A DNA stretch of 64,000 nucleotides, taken from an uncultured virus (IMG/VR IMGVR_UViG_3300037488_003672) (lineage: Duplodnaviria; Heunggongvirae; Uroviricota; Caudoviricetes). Positions 21,319-31,091 of the stretch are shown in pieces. How positions within the stretch are numbered: the first letter of the stretch is position 1; every line of letters begins with the position of its first letter. The stretch lies in the IMG/VR virus record IMGVR_UViG_3300037488_003672; one strand, written 5' to 3'. The translations under genes were made by a program, and so were the position numbers. Under the pieces are notes generated by a model, which had not been told where the DNA came from, did not search any database, and was given only the letters and a program-made list of their open reading frames with translations.

Positions 21319-21612
21319 TTGAAACGAATGACAATAAATCATTATTACATGCTAAATTCAGATTATTCAAAGATTTACAAAGAAAGTGAACTAAAGAACA
21401 AATTAGGAATTAAAGAAACAATAATCGAAACGTATTGCGAATATTGGATAAAACCGATTGATTTTCCATGTCATAAAGGAAATCTTATGTTAAAAGAATG
21501 TCCTCTCTCTAAAGGGGATGATCCTTGTTTTAATGCAAAAAAATGTTATATTCATTGGTATGAAGGTACTTTCTCAATCCCTTCAAAAAATAAACAACTC
21601 ACGTTATTCTAA
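21319..21612 (+). CDS. Cys-containing hypothetical protein
   Basis: 97-aa ORF within an operon-like run. Confidence 0.55.
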   Translation: MKRMTINHYYMLNSDYSKIYKESELKNKLGIKETIIETYCEYWIKPIDFPCHKGNLMLKECPLSKGDDPCFNAKKCYIHWYEGTFSIPSKNKQLTLF

Positions 21613-21626
21613 GGAACATAGTCATC

Positions 21627-22739
21627 ATGAAAAAACAAACAATAATAATCTACTTGGGAATCTTCTTTCTATCTCTCTTGTTTTCAATAATCAATCTTGA
21701 TATGAAACCAATATGGAGTGATGAATTATTCAGCATTGACTTTGCGTTAAACGTTTTACCATCTTATAATGTTTTCACTGAAATTTGGATCGATCCACAT
21801 CCTCCCCTTTATTATCTTCTCTTAATGGGTTGGATAAATATTTTTGGAACAAGTATTTTTGCAGTTCGGTTCTTGTCAGTTCTTTTTCATTCACTTTCCA
21901 TAGTTTCAATGTATTATTTTATTGAAACCAATTACAATCAGAAAATCGCTCTCAGTATTCTTCCTCTTTTAGAATTTAATTGGCTACTATTAAGTTTTGC
22001 TCAAGAAACTCGCATGTATTCACTAATCGTATTGGAATTTATCTGGAGTACTATTCTTTTTATTCGTTTTAAGAATGAATCGACAATCAAAAATGGAATA
22101 TCTTATGCGTTAATTCTTATTCTTTCACTATATACGGAAAATTTAACATGGTTTCTTATCGGTTCCCAGTTCCTTTTTGGTCTATTTTCACTCTTAATAG
22201 AAAAGAAACTTTCAATTAAAAATTTATTTCGGTTTTCGATCCCATATATAATTACATGCTTAGGAATTGGCTTCTGGATTTGGAAAATAATTCAATCCAA
22301 CAATATTCAAAATATGTCGTGGATTTCTTGGGATATTACTTTAAAGAATTTAGGTGGAGTATATGCAAGACTTTTTGGAATCAATACGGAAGATTTTGAC
22401 TCTATGCTTATTCCCATGTTTTATTTAGTTAATATTACGATTATTCTCTTCTTCTTAATATTATACAAATTAAAAAATATGTATTCACGTGATTTAACTA
22501 TTTTATTATTAATTTATTTGGTAATACCGATTATCTTTTTTCTAATCTCTAAAATAATATTTCCGATTTTATTCTATCGTTATCTTATTAGTTATATTCC
22601 ATTTTTTAGTCTTTCATTGATTTTAGGCTTTGAACAAATATATAAAAAAAATAAAGTAATTGCAATTGGATGGTATTGTCTAATTATAATGGTTCTTCTT
22701 CTCTCAACCATAAATGTATTCTTATCACCTACAAAATAA
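21627..22739 (+). CDS. GT-C fold glycosyltransferase (GT39 / PMT-like)
   Basis: IWSDE, HPPLYY, RFLS and ETRMYSL motifs; multi-TM. Confidence 0.85.
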   Translation: MKKQTIIIYLGIFFLSLLFSIINLDMKPIWSDELFSIDFALNVLPSYNVFTEIWIDPHPPLYYLLLMGWINIFGTSIFAVRFLSVLFHSLSIVSMYYFIETNYNQKIALSILPLLEFNWLLLSFAQETRMYSLIVLEFIWSTILFIRFKNESTIKNGISYALILILSLYTENLTWFLIGSQFLFGLFSLLIEKKLSIKNLFRFSIPYIITCLGIGFWIWKIIQSNNIQNMSWISWDITLKNLGGVYARLFGINTEDFDSMLIPMFYLVNITIILFFLILYKLKNMYSRDLTILLLIYLVIPIIFFLISKIIFPILFYRYLISYIPFFSLSLILGFEQIYKKNKVIAIGWYCLIIMVLLLSTINVFLSPTK

Positions 22740-22753
22740 AGGAAAAATTAACC

Positions 22754-22891
22754 ATGTGTATGATTATCTTAAATCAAAATCAAAAATGCGAACATTGCAA
22801 TGTTCCTCTAACCAATGATGAAATAGATAGACACTTGAAAATATATGGGTTTATTGGTATTTGTTTTAAATGTCTGTATGAATTAGCATAA
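22754..22891 (+). CDS. Small Zn-finger protein
   Basis: CEHC...CFKC; ATG at 22754. Confidence 0.5.
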   Translation: MCMIILNQNQKCEHCNVPLTNDEIDRHLKIYGFIGICFKCLYELA

Positions 22892-22897
22892 AAGGAA

Positions 22898-23275
22898 ATG
22901 AATATGATGAATTTAAAAATCTATTATATGCACAATTATAATTCGGAAGAATGGGGTAATTGTATTGTTGCGGAATCCTTCAAAGAAGCCAAAATAATAT
23001 TTCATAAGACTGCTGAATGTGAAGGGTTTCTCTCAATTCGAGGAAGGATAGTGAATCCCATTCCTCCAATAACAACAATAAAAAAAGGGGAGTTAAATGC
23101 GTGGATCGGATTATTTCACAGTTGTTATCGCTGGATCTCCGAAAACTGTCCTTTTTGTCATAAGTTGGTTGAATTTCATTTAGATGAAGTCTCAGAAACA
23201 ATATGTGAATGTCCAATTTGTCATAAACAATTTACTGAAATAGATCTTTTAGCAATTAAAAAGGGATTAAAATGA
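22898..23275 (+). CDS. Zn-ribbon protein
   Basis: CPFC...CPIC. Confidence 0.65.
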   Translation: MNMMNLKIYYMHNYNSEEWGNCIVAESFKEAKIIFHKTAECEGFLSIRGRIVNPIPPITTIKKGELNAWIGLFHSCYRWISENCPFCHKLVEFHLDEVSETICECPICHKQFTEIDLLAIKKGLK

Positions 23276-23817
23276 AAATACTTGTAATAGATATTGAAAC
23301 ATTAGGGTTCGATCCAGCAATTGATGCAATTGCTGAAATTGGAGTCGTATCATTAGATTTAGATACGCATGAAATTCTTGACGAATTTTATTCACTCCTC
23401 AATGAATATGATAAACCGAGAAGTCCTTCAGCATGGATTTTTTCTCATTCAAATCTAAAATTTAAGGAAATGGTTGAGAAGGGAGTTCAAATAGAAGAGA
23501 TTAGACCAAAATTGCAACAATTATTTGATACTTATTCTTTAACTTCCTATAATCAAGCATTTGATTTCCGATTTTTAAAAGATCGAAAATTTAAAATTGA
23601 AAAAATAGCTCCCGATCCAATGCTAATCGCAACCGATGTTCTCCAAATTCATCACGAATATTATGGGGTAAAATATCCGAAAGTGCAAGAATGTTTGGAT
23701 TTTTTTGAATTAAATGAACAAGAGCCTCATCGAGCGTTATTAGATGCACGTCAAGAAGCTAAAATTATTGTAGAATTAATCAAACGTAAGAAATATCATT
23801 TGGTAAAGATCTGTTAA
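23272..23817 (+). CDS. DEDDh 3'-5' exonuclease (DnaQ-like)
   Basis: ExoI DIET, ExoII YNQAFD, ExoIII HRALLDA. Confidence 0.9.
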   Translation: MKILVIDIETLGFDPAIDAIAEIGVVSLDLDTHEILDEFYSLLNEYDKPRSPSAWIFSHSNLKFKEMVEKGVQIEEIRPKLQQLFDTYSLTSYNQAFDFRFLKDRKFKIEKIAPDPMLIATDVLQIHHEYYGVKYPKVQECLDFFELNEQEPHRALLDARQEAKIIVELIKRKKYHLVKIC

Positions 23818-23871
23818 TAATATTTCACGTGAAATAACTTTAATAATAAATAAAACCAAATATTTATTATT

Positions 23872-26253
23872 ATGAAGTACATATTCGGCAATAACAACGT
23901 GAAAATCGTGGGAGATTCAGCTTCCGATATTGACGTGATTAATAAATTAATGAAATATCTCGAAAAGAACAATTATTATATTACAATTGAAAAATTAAGT
24001 GAAATTTACTCTTCATTATTCTTAACCGATTCTTTAGGTGTAAGGGGTTGTATTCTAAAAGGATTAGCTGGGACTGGGAAAACAAAGTTAGCAGAGTTAA
24101 TTTGTAGTTTCTTCGTTTGGGATTCAATCTATTTTCAAGCTACTTATGGATTAATGGAAGATCAACTGTTATATGATTATATTCCCTCTGAAGAAACCAA
24201 GTCGGGATTTAAAATGATCGAAGGAAAATTAGTACGAGCATTACAACAATCAAAGAACAAACCTACCATGCTAACAATTGATGAATGGGATAAGACTAAT
24301 CCCAATTTAGATTCGGTCTTATTAGATTTTCTTCAGAATGCACGTTTATCATTAGGAAATACCACTTTTGAAGGAACGAAAGAAAACCTTCGGGTAATAA
24401 TTATTTCTAATGATGAAAGACCTTTTTCAAATCCACTCATAAGACGATTGCCATCTATTGAATTACCAATTCCTTCATTGGATATGGTTCGAAAATTCTT
24501 GATCAAAACTTTTGGAAAAGAAAACGCCTATATCGAACCGACCTTACGCCTTTATGAAATAACTCAACTCTGTACTTTAGATCGTAATATTACAATTCAA
24601 GAATTAACCCAATTCATCTCAGCCATTCAATTATTAACCGATGAGAAAACAAAAGTTTCAATGTTAGACTGGGGGGATTTAATCTATATTTATATTGCTA
24701 AAAACGAATATAATTTCAATTTGATCCAAGAAAAATCAGAGTTATTAAAAACGAAAAAACAATTAGAAATAATAAGAAACGAAAAATTACGCAAGATTGA
24801 AATAGAACCTTATGCAAAACTTGAAGAATATACAATTAAAGGCGAAAAGGAAAAACAAACTGAAATTCCTACTGCTGAAACAAGTGAAATTCCTATTGTA
24901 GAATCCAAAGCACTTCCGAAAAATATCCTTCCTCAAACTATCTTTACCATGCCGATCAAAATCGAAAGTTCGCTTAAATTGTCAGAAGAAATACCTCAAT
25001 CTGATAAAAAAGAAATTCAAATCGTAATAAAACGATTAGGTTTAGGGATATTAATCAATCCCGATAACGATTTTAAGATTACACCAAGCGAAGACAAAAG
25101 TTTTTTTGAATTGACGCTTGATACTCAAAAATGTTATTTTTCAGTTACTAATGAATTTATCATGAGTTTTGATCAATTTCCATTAAAATTATATTTGATT
25201 GCTGATGGTAGATTTCGATTCCCAGATATAATTAAGGATATTTCACCTTATTTGATTGCGGGGACTTTTGTTTTTTCGGGAACTCCTCGCTTAACTAATG
25301 AAAACATTCTAAGATTGAAAGATATATTCAAAAACTCAAAATTAGCAACTTATTCTCAAAAAGAGATTCTTCTTATTGGAGAAGAATTCTCGCTTCTTAT
25401 TTCTTATGTAGACAATAAGACATTCTTATGGATTTCCGATGGACAAACTTTTTCAGAAAGCCAACATAATCTAAATTACACATTTCAAATGACCATTACT
25501 GAAAAGGAATTACTCGAAGAACAAATGAATGCAAAGAAGATCAAAGAAGAGACATCTAAGAAAGAAATGGAAGAAAAAGAAAATCAATTAACAAAAGAAG
25601 AAGCAAAGAAGAAAGAAACGGAAGAAAAGGAACAATTGGCTTTAAAAATAAAAGAATTAAATGAACAAATTAATAAAAAAGGGAAGATACCTCTTAAAGT
25701 GCAGCTAACACAAGACTTTTCGAATACTACTGCGAAAATAGTACTTATAGATACTTTAGAAAGTTCTTTAGATGTGTCAATTCAATATGCCGAATTAATT
25801 CTTAATCATGAAAAAGAACTACTTACAAGAATTCCTAATATAATACAAGAAATACATACGATTATTCCCTATTTATATGATGTTAAACTATTTATTGAAA
25901 GCAAAACGGATGCCTTTAACCTTATGGAGTTTAGAAGGGAAAATTCGAATAACATATTTAATGAAATATTTGCAATACATTTTGAGTCTTGTCAATATAT
26001 AACATTTGACTTATGGAAATCCCTTAGATTTAACGATCCTAAACAAGAAACCAAACAAGAAACCAAAGAAGAAACCAAAGAAGAAACCAAAGAAGAAGAC
26101 GAAAAGATCGATGAACAAAAAACCATGAGTTTAAATAAATTAAACCATCAATTTTTTGATAATCTTATTTTAGAAATCATTAAAAAAACGAAGAAAGAAA
26201 CGAAGAATAAAATTAAGAATAAAACCGAACAAATATTCAAAAAGGGGAAATAA
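23872..26253 (+). CDS. MoxR-type AAA+ ATPase with long C-terminal extension
   Basis: Walker A GLAGTGKT, Walker B LTIDEWDK, LLDFLQ, ISNDER...LIRR; followed by a vWA gene. Confidence 0.85.
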   Translation: MKYIFGNNNVKIVGDSASDIDVINKLMKYLEKNNYYITIEKLSEIYSSLFLTDSLGVRGCILKGLAGTGKTKLAELICSFFVWDSIYFQATYGLMEDQLLYDYIPSEETKSGFKMIEGKLVRALQQSKNKPTMLTIDEWDKTNPNLDSVLLDFLQNARLSLGNTTFEGTKENLRVIIISNDERPFSNPLIRRLPSIELPIPSLDMVRKFLIKTFGKENAYIEPTLRLYEITQLCTLDRNITIQELTQFISAIQLLTDEKTKVSMLDWGDLIYIYIAKNEYNFNLIQEKSELLKTKKQLEIIRNEKLRKIEIEPYAKLEEYTIKGEKEKQTEIPTAETSEIPIVESKALPKNILPQTIFTMPIKIESSLKLSEEIPQSDKKEIQIVIKRLGLGILINPDNDFKITPSEDKSFFELTLDTQKCYFSVTNEFIMSFDQFPLKLYLIADGRFRFPDIIKDISPYLIAGTFVFSGTPRLTNENILRLKDIFKNSKLATYSQKEILLIGEEFSLLISYVDNKTFLWISDGQTFSESQHNLNYTFQMTITEKELLEEQMNAKKIKEETSKKEMEEKENQLTKEEAKKKETEEKEQLALKIKELNEQINKKGKIPLKVQLTQDFSNTTAKIVLIDTLESSLDVSIQYAELILNHEKELLTRIPNIIQEIHTIIPYLYDVKLFIESKTDAFNLMEFRRENSNNIFNEIFAIHFESCQYITFDLWKSLRFNDPKQETKQETKEETKEETKEEDEKIDEQKTMSLNKLNHQFFDNLILEIIKKTKKETKNKIKNKTEQIFKKGK

Positions 26254-26267
26254 AAATAACAAATCAC

Positions 26268-27656
26268 GTGAAAAAACAAATCAAATCATTCATTTTTTTC
26301 CAAAAATCAGATAATTCCATTCTCAACAAAATTAAAAAACCTAATTGGATTCAATCCTATTCCAATGTAAATTCCATCGAATTAGAAACAAATCAACCAA
26401 TTAATGAAAAAGAAGAACAAGAAGCAGATCAACCAATTGATGAAAAAGAAGAAGAAGAATTAAAATATAACGAAGAACCCGAAGAAAAACCATTAATGCC
26501 TTCAGAAAGCGAAACATCCGAAGATACTCATGGAGGATCGGAAATAACCGAATCAATAGAAACATCTCCTCCTCGGAAATCCACTGCAAAAAAAACATCT
26601 CAAGAAGAAGAATCTCAAGAAGAAGTATCTCAAGAAGAAGAATCCAAAGAAAAAGAATCTCAAGAAAAAGAATCTCAAGAAGAAGAATCCCAAGAAGAAG
26701 AATCTCAAGAAAAAGAATCTCAAGAAGAAGAATCCAAAGAAAAAGAATCTCAAGAAGAAGAATCTCAAGAAGAAGAATCCCAAGAAAAAGAATCCAAAGA
26801 AAAAGAATCTCAAGAAGAAGAATCCCAAGAAAAAGAATCCAAAGAAAAAGAATCTCAAGAAGAAGAATCCCAAGAAAAAGAATCTCAAGAAGAAGAATCC
26901 CAAGAAAAAGAATCTCAAGAAGAAGAATCTCAAGAAGAAGAATCCCAAGAAGAAGAATCTCAAGAAGAACCCAAAAATATAGGAAAACAAATTAAAGTGA
27001 GTTATGTTATTCCAAAAGAACTTCAAAATGCAACAGATCTTTCAAATCAAATCGTGAAATTATTTTATCAAGTATTGAATCGAATGATTAATTCTCAATG
27101 GCTACCAAAAGAACGAGGATTTTCGAGAATTTCAATGAATCGTGCAATGAAGCGAACAATTCATAAACAAGCTCCCAGTTATGCTTATTCTCTCCTTTCG
27201 ATTGATAAAATTAAATTGGTATTGGATAATTCGGGAAGTTGTCAAGAATACGCTGAATATTTAGCAGAGATCGGAAAAGGATTAATGAAATGGAATAATT
27301 TGGAATTATATTATAATGGAAATTTTGAACTTCATAGAGGTACGAAATATAATCGAAAGACAAAAAAAATGGATCAAATCAATCCAATGGTTGAAATATA
27401 CTCTCAAACCAATATTCCTATTATTTTTGTGGGGGATATTGATGGTATGGCAAATTTAGTTCAATTTTCTCGAATGAATCCGAAATTATTATGGATTAAC
27501 TTAGAACAACGTGAAGATTATGAAGATAATCCTTCTTCACATAGTTGGGTTAGAAGATACGAATATGCCGATTTTAAGGGTTATATGATTAAAGCTCCTA
27601 CCAAAAAAATATTACCTCAACAACTAACTCAATTATTGCGAACCATGCAAATCTAA
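26268..27656 (+). CDS. vWA-domain protein with long acidic repeat linker (MoxR partner)
   Basis: MIDAS-like LVLDNSGS and FVGD; GTG start lies within a CACGTG copy. Confidence 0.7.
   Translation: MKKQIKSFIFFQKSDNSILNKIKKPNWIQSYSNVNSIELETNQPINEKEEQEADQPIDEKEEEELKYNEEPEEKPLMPSESETSEDTHGGSEITESIETSPPRKSTAKKTSQEEESQEEVSQEEESKEKESQEKESQEEESQEEESQEKESQEEESKEKESQEEESQEEESQEKESKEKESQEEESQEKESKEKESQEEESQEKESQEEESQEKESQEEESQEEESQEEESQEEPKNIGKQIKVSYVIPKELQNATDLSNQIVKLFYQVLNRMINSQWLPKERGFSRISMNRAMKRTIHKQAPSYAYSLLSIDKIKLVLDNSGSCQEYAEYLAEIGKGLMKWNNLELYYNGNFELHRGTKYNRKTKKMDQINPMVEIYSQTNIPIIFVGDIDGMANLVQFSRMNPKLLWINLEQREDYEDNPSSHSWVRRYEYADFKGYMIKAPTKKILPQQLTQLLRTMQI
26598..26969 (+). repeat. 15-bp coding tandem repeat, about 25 units (SQEEE/SQEKE/SKEKE)
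   Basis: tcy maa gaa raa gaa units. Confidence 0.95.
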
Positions 27657-27776
27657 TTGAAATAAAAATAATAATTCACGTGAAAAAACATATTTTCATT
27701 TTTTTGACTTGTTTTAGTAAAGTATATATTACTAAAAAGAGAATTATATGTAACCAAAATTTTAATTGGTGACATT

Positions 27777-28010
27777 ATGCCGATAACGCCTACAACTATG
27801 AAAATGAGCTTAACGACAAGCGATGGAAAAATTCACGAATTTGACAAGATCGGGTATTTTCCAAAAGTTGAATGTATTCGCATTTATTTAAATGACAAGC
27901 ATTTAGTGACGTTCTATATCAAAGATATTATTAAATTCATGGGAAAATCATGGGAATCGATTTCCGATGAACAAAAAATAATCGAGATTAAAAAATACGT
28001 TCCTAAATAA
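27777..28010 (+). CDS. Small hypothetical protein
   Basis: TATA-like box, ggtga RBS, T-tract after stop. Confidence 0.6.
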   Translation: MPITPTTMKMSLTTSDGKIHEFDKIGYFPKVECIRIYLNDKHLVTFYIKDIIKFMGKSWESISDEQKIIEIKKYVPK

Positions 28011-28218
28011 TCTTTTTTTATTGAGGTCTTTTTATGAAAAAAAAAGGAGTTACGAATAAAGAATTAAAAGAAGAAGAATCTCGACATTTATTAATGATGA
28101 AAAGTAATGGTTTATGTGGGTTTTTCTTTGATAACTCCTTATTAGATAACTATTCCGTTTTTATTCAAATAAAGAAGAAATCAAAGAAAAACATTAAATT
28201 GAAAGGGAAATAATAACG

Positions 28219-28737
28219 ATGAAAAAAAATCAATCTCAAATTGCATACAAAAACGAATTAAAACGAAATAATAAATTAATTCGATTAATTTATGCGAAAA
28301 TAAAACCACGTGATAAGGATGCTCAATTACGCATGATCACAGATCCCCTTCACGAAGGTATGAATAAACAACTTCTCTATGGATATTTTCCATTTCGGTT
28401 TGAATGTTTTTTTATTGAACTTGATATAATTGTATTTAAGTTTTTCCACAATCGAACGAAACAATATGCTCAAGACTATCTTGATCTGATAAGTGTATAT
28501 CCAAGCCTTGACACAATCAAAAAATATGAACTTGTGGGACAAATCTTTTTTCGAACGCCGAAGGATGAGAATTTTGAATATTTTAAACTTGATCTTAAAC
28601 CAGCTCACCTTTTGGAACGATATAATCGCTTAAAAAAAACCTTTCAGCACATGGAATATCGAAATGATCTAATTTCCAAAATAATAGAAAAATTGGAATT
28701 AAAAGAGGAAAATAACTATTTACAATTCAGAATTTAA
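28219..28737 (+). CDS. Hypothetical protein
   Basis: 172-aa ORF. Confidence 0.65.
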   Translation: MKKNQSQIAYKNELKRNNKLIRLIYAKIKPRDKDAQLRMITDPLHEGMNKQLLYGYFPFRFECFFIELDIIVFKFFHNRTKQYAQDYLDLISVYPSLDTIKKYELVGQIFFRTPKDENFEYFKLDLKPAHLLERYNRLKKTFQHMEYRNDLISKIIEKLELKEENNYLQFRI

Positions 28738-28749
28738 GGAAGGATAAAT

Positions 28750-28986
28750 ATGACAAAACTTACTGATTCAAAAAGTGGATGGGATTATGATGATCTCATG
28801 GCAGATATTATCAAGAAAATGAGCGAGATTAAAAAATATTCGAAGGAATCATTCGAACATGAGACTAAAAAAATCTTAGAACGATTTCTAAATGGTCTTC
28901 CGAATGGAGAGATTCTTTCGGATGGTTATTTTAAAAAATTTGTTCAATTCGACAAAATGAATTTGTTCAAACTTCAACAGAGTTAA
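28750..28986 (+). CDS. Small hypothetical protein
   Basis: aggaagga RBS. Confidence 0.6.
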   Translation: MTKLTDSKSGWDYDDLMADIIKKMSEIKKYSKESFEHETKKILERFLNGLPNGEILSDGYFKKFVQFDKMNLFKLQQS

Positions 28987-29143
28987 TTTTATGAGCGAAA
29001 AGATTGATAATACGAATATTTTTTTATTTTATTGTCTTCTCTGTGGAAAGATTTGTAAAATCTTTTTATCTCACGAATCTTATATTTTACTCAAAGCTTG
29101 TGAATGTAAAAATTAATAAACCCTAAACCAAAATATAAATTAT

Positions 29144-29422
29144 ATGAAATATACTATTGTTAGCTCTGACGCTGAAATTGACGAAAACATCGAAAAAAAG
29201 AATTATATTTTAAGCAACATGATTAGTAGTTTCTTTTTTTCTTCACTTGCCTTTGGGTTATTAATATATCATGGACTTAATGTTAATTGGATATTTTCCG
29301 AAGGGATAGGAATTGTTATAGGAATATTAATCTTTGGGATTGCTACATTCTTATTTGGATTACGTGATATATTCAAACTAAGAAAAACAATAAAAAAGAT
29401 TAATAGTATTAAACAATCATAA
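29144..29422 (+). CDS. Small 2-TM membrane protein
   Basis: Two hydrophobic segments. Confidence 0.65.
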   Translation: MKYTIVSSDAEIDENIEKKNYILSNMISSFFFSSLAFGLLIYHGLNVNWIFSEGIGIVIGILIFGIATFLFGLRDIFKLRKTIKKINSIKQS

Positions 29423-29427
29423 AATCG

Positions 29428-29703
29428 ATGAAACTTATGAACTCTAAAGAGCGAATTGGAGGCAAATTAATCAGTTCGTCTTATTTTCATAGTTATTACG
29501 TCAATCTAAGCGAAGAATTTCGGATTGAATTTAACGCCGAACGTAATTTAAACGCCAAAGTGCTTCGATCTACCCTTTGCGAAAAGGGAGATCTCTATGC
29601 AAGAGTCTATAAGAAAAATAATCAATTGGTGATCTTGGAACTCTTAACGAAAAATCAAATCACAAATCGAAAATTACTTCCCAAATCACTACCTATCATA
29701 TAA
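29428..29703 (+). CDS. Small hypothetical protein
   Basis: 91-aa ORF. Confidence 0.55.
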   Translation: MKLMNSKERIGGKLISSSYFHSYYVNLSEEFRIEFNAERNLNAKVLRSTLCEKGDLYARVYKKNNQLVILELLTKNQITNRKLLPKSLPII

Positions 29704-29751
29704 TTAAATTTCCACGTGAAAACTTAAATGAACTAAAAACCAAGAATAATT

Positions 29752-30144
29752 ATGAAATATACATTTACAAGCAAAAAAACGGATCAAAATAAATCCCTTT
29801 CCGAAATCAATATTGAAGATCCTCTCTTTTTTATTACGTTATCATTAGAAGAGTCAGCAACCAAAGAACGCTTTTTCTATTTCAACTTAATGAGTTATAT
29901 TGATGGCGATGTAAGCGAAGCAAAATTTAAGACTGTTGAAGAAGTAAATGAGTTTTCAAAAAAAAAGAAATTCTCTGCGGAATCAATACACCAAATCAAT
30001 CAATTTACAATGAATTTAACCAATAATGGTGATTATAAATGGGATCTAATGATGGAATCGTCTGCAGAATTGGGTTATTTTACCAATCCGCCAGAAAAAG
30101 AAAAGAAACCAATAACGAAAAAGAAAAATATTAAAACTAAATAA
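29752..30144 (+). CDS. Hypothetical protein with MKYTF N-terminus and Lys-rich tail
   Basis: Motif-linked promoter at 29713. Confidence 0.7.
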   Translation: MKYTFTSKKTDQNKSLSEINIEDPLFFITLSLEESATKERFFYFNLMSYIDGDVSEAKFKTVEEVNEFSKKKKFSAESIHQINQFTMNLTNNGDYKWDLMMESSAELGYFTNPPEKEKKPITKKKNIKTK

Positions 30145-30197
30145 AGGATAAAACTGTACTTTTTTTAACTTCCTTCTTTTCTAAGATATAGAGAAAA

Positions 30198-30566
30198 ATG
30201 ACTGCTTGTAATTATTATAAAGAAGCTCCCAAATGTATCAAATGTGGGAAGATAACAACAATCGTCAGCCAAACCGAGCGATATTGCGAATTTTGTAATT
30301 CCGTTTTTGAATTATCGGATCAAGAACGTGAAGATGTAAAACAAATGCGTAAAAATGGCTTACTTATTCCCGAAAAATTCATAAATACTCGAAAAATCAA
30401 TAAAATCTATATCCGTTGTAATGCATGTGGGTTCGTCTTCGATCAAATCAAATTAAGGATGAATCAAGACAAATGTATCAAATGTGATATTAATAACGGA
30501 TTTCGAATAATTGTACGTTCGCAAACTAAACTAAAAAATGTGGATGATCTCAAAAATGAAAATTAA
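30198..30566 (+). CDS. Double Zn-ribbon protein
   Basis: Four CxxC pairs. Confidence 0.7.
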   Translation: MTACNYYKEAPKCIKCGKITTIVSQTERYCEFCNSVFELSDQEREDVKQMRKNGLLIPEKFINTRKINKIYIRCNACGFVFDQIKLRMNQDKCIKCDINNGFRIIVRSQTKLKNVDDLKNEN

Positions 30567-30747
30567 TAACAATTGGCTTCTTCTGCTCTCTGTGGGAATT
30601 ATCTGTATTCAATTTATTTATTCTATCTATTTCGCAAAACATTTCTCTGATTTTTATCATTTTTGGAATGCGGGTAGATACTTTTTAGATGGAAAGTGGA
30701 GTGAATTATATACAACCGATTCCCTATTCGGTCTTCCAAAGGTTTAG
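30556..30747 (+). pseudogene. Truncated GT87-like glycosyltransferase N-terminal fragment
   Basis: TM then DFYHFWNAGRYFLDG..LY; stops after 63 aa. Confidence 0.45.
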
Positions 30748-30860
30748 TTTAATATTTCTATTTCCGATAAGACGCTTAATTGCGTATGTATTTTTAATTG
30801 ATGGGAACTATATGTTCTCATTAATTGGAAAAAAAATAAAAAAGGATAAATCAGTTTAAT

Positions 30861-31025
30861 ATGTCAGCAATGAATTTAATTGGAAGAACAGTTGATTCGA
30901 AATATTGTCAATCATGCGGAATTAAAAACGGAATTTTTATCATGAGTTTAGATAAAAGCGAATATCTTTGTCCAACTTGTAAAAAACCAATGACAAATCA
31001 AGTTTTTATCACAATCCAAAAATAA
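30861..31025 (+). CDS. 54-aa Zn-ribbon protein (not in ORF track)
   Basis: Hand translation MSAMNLIGRTVDSKYCQSC...YLCPTCKKPM... Confidence 0.6.
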   Translation: MSAMNLIGRTVDSKYCQSCGIKNGIFIMSLDKSEYLCPTCKKPMTNQVFITIQK

Positions 31026-31091
31026 GAACTCACGTGAAAGTTTAAATTACTTTAACGCTCCTTTTTTATTAACATCAAATTGTGTGATAAT

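Noticed and set aside
26598..26969. Possible CRISPR array
   Set aside because: Contiguous 15-bp in-frame units with no unique spacers; no cas genes seen
26553..27026. Antisense Phe-rich ORF, and similar ones at 10511, 31865, 31878, 46688, 48087 plus frame-shifted 8739
   Set aside because: Shadows of stop-free coding tandem repeats in another strand or frame
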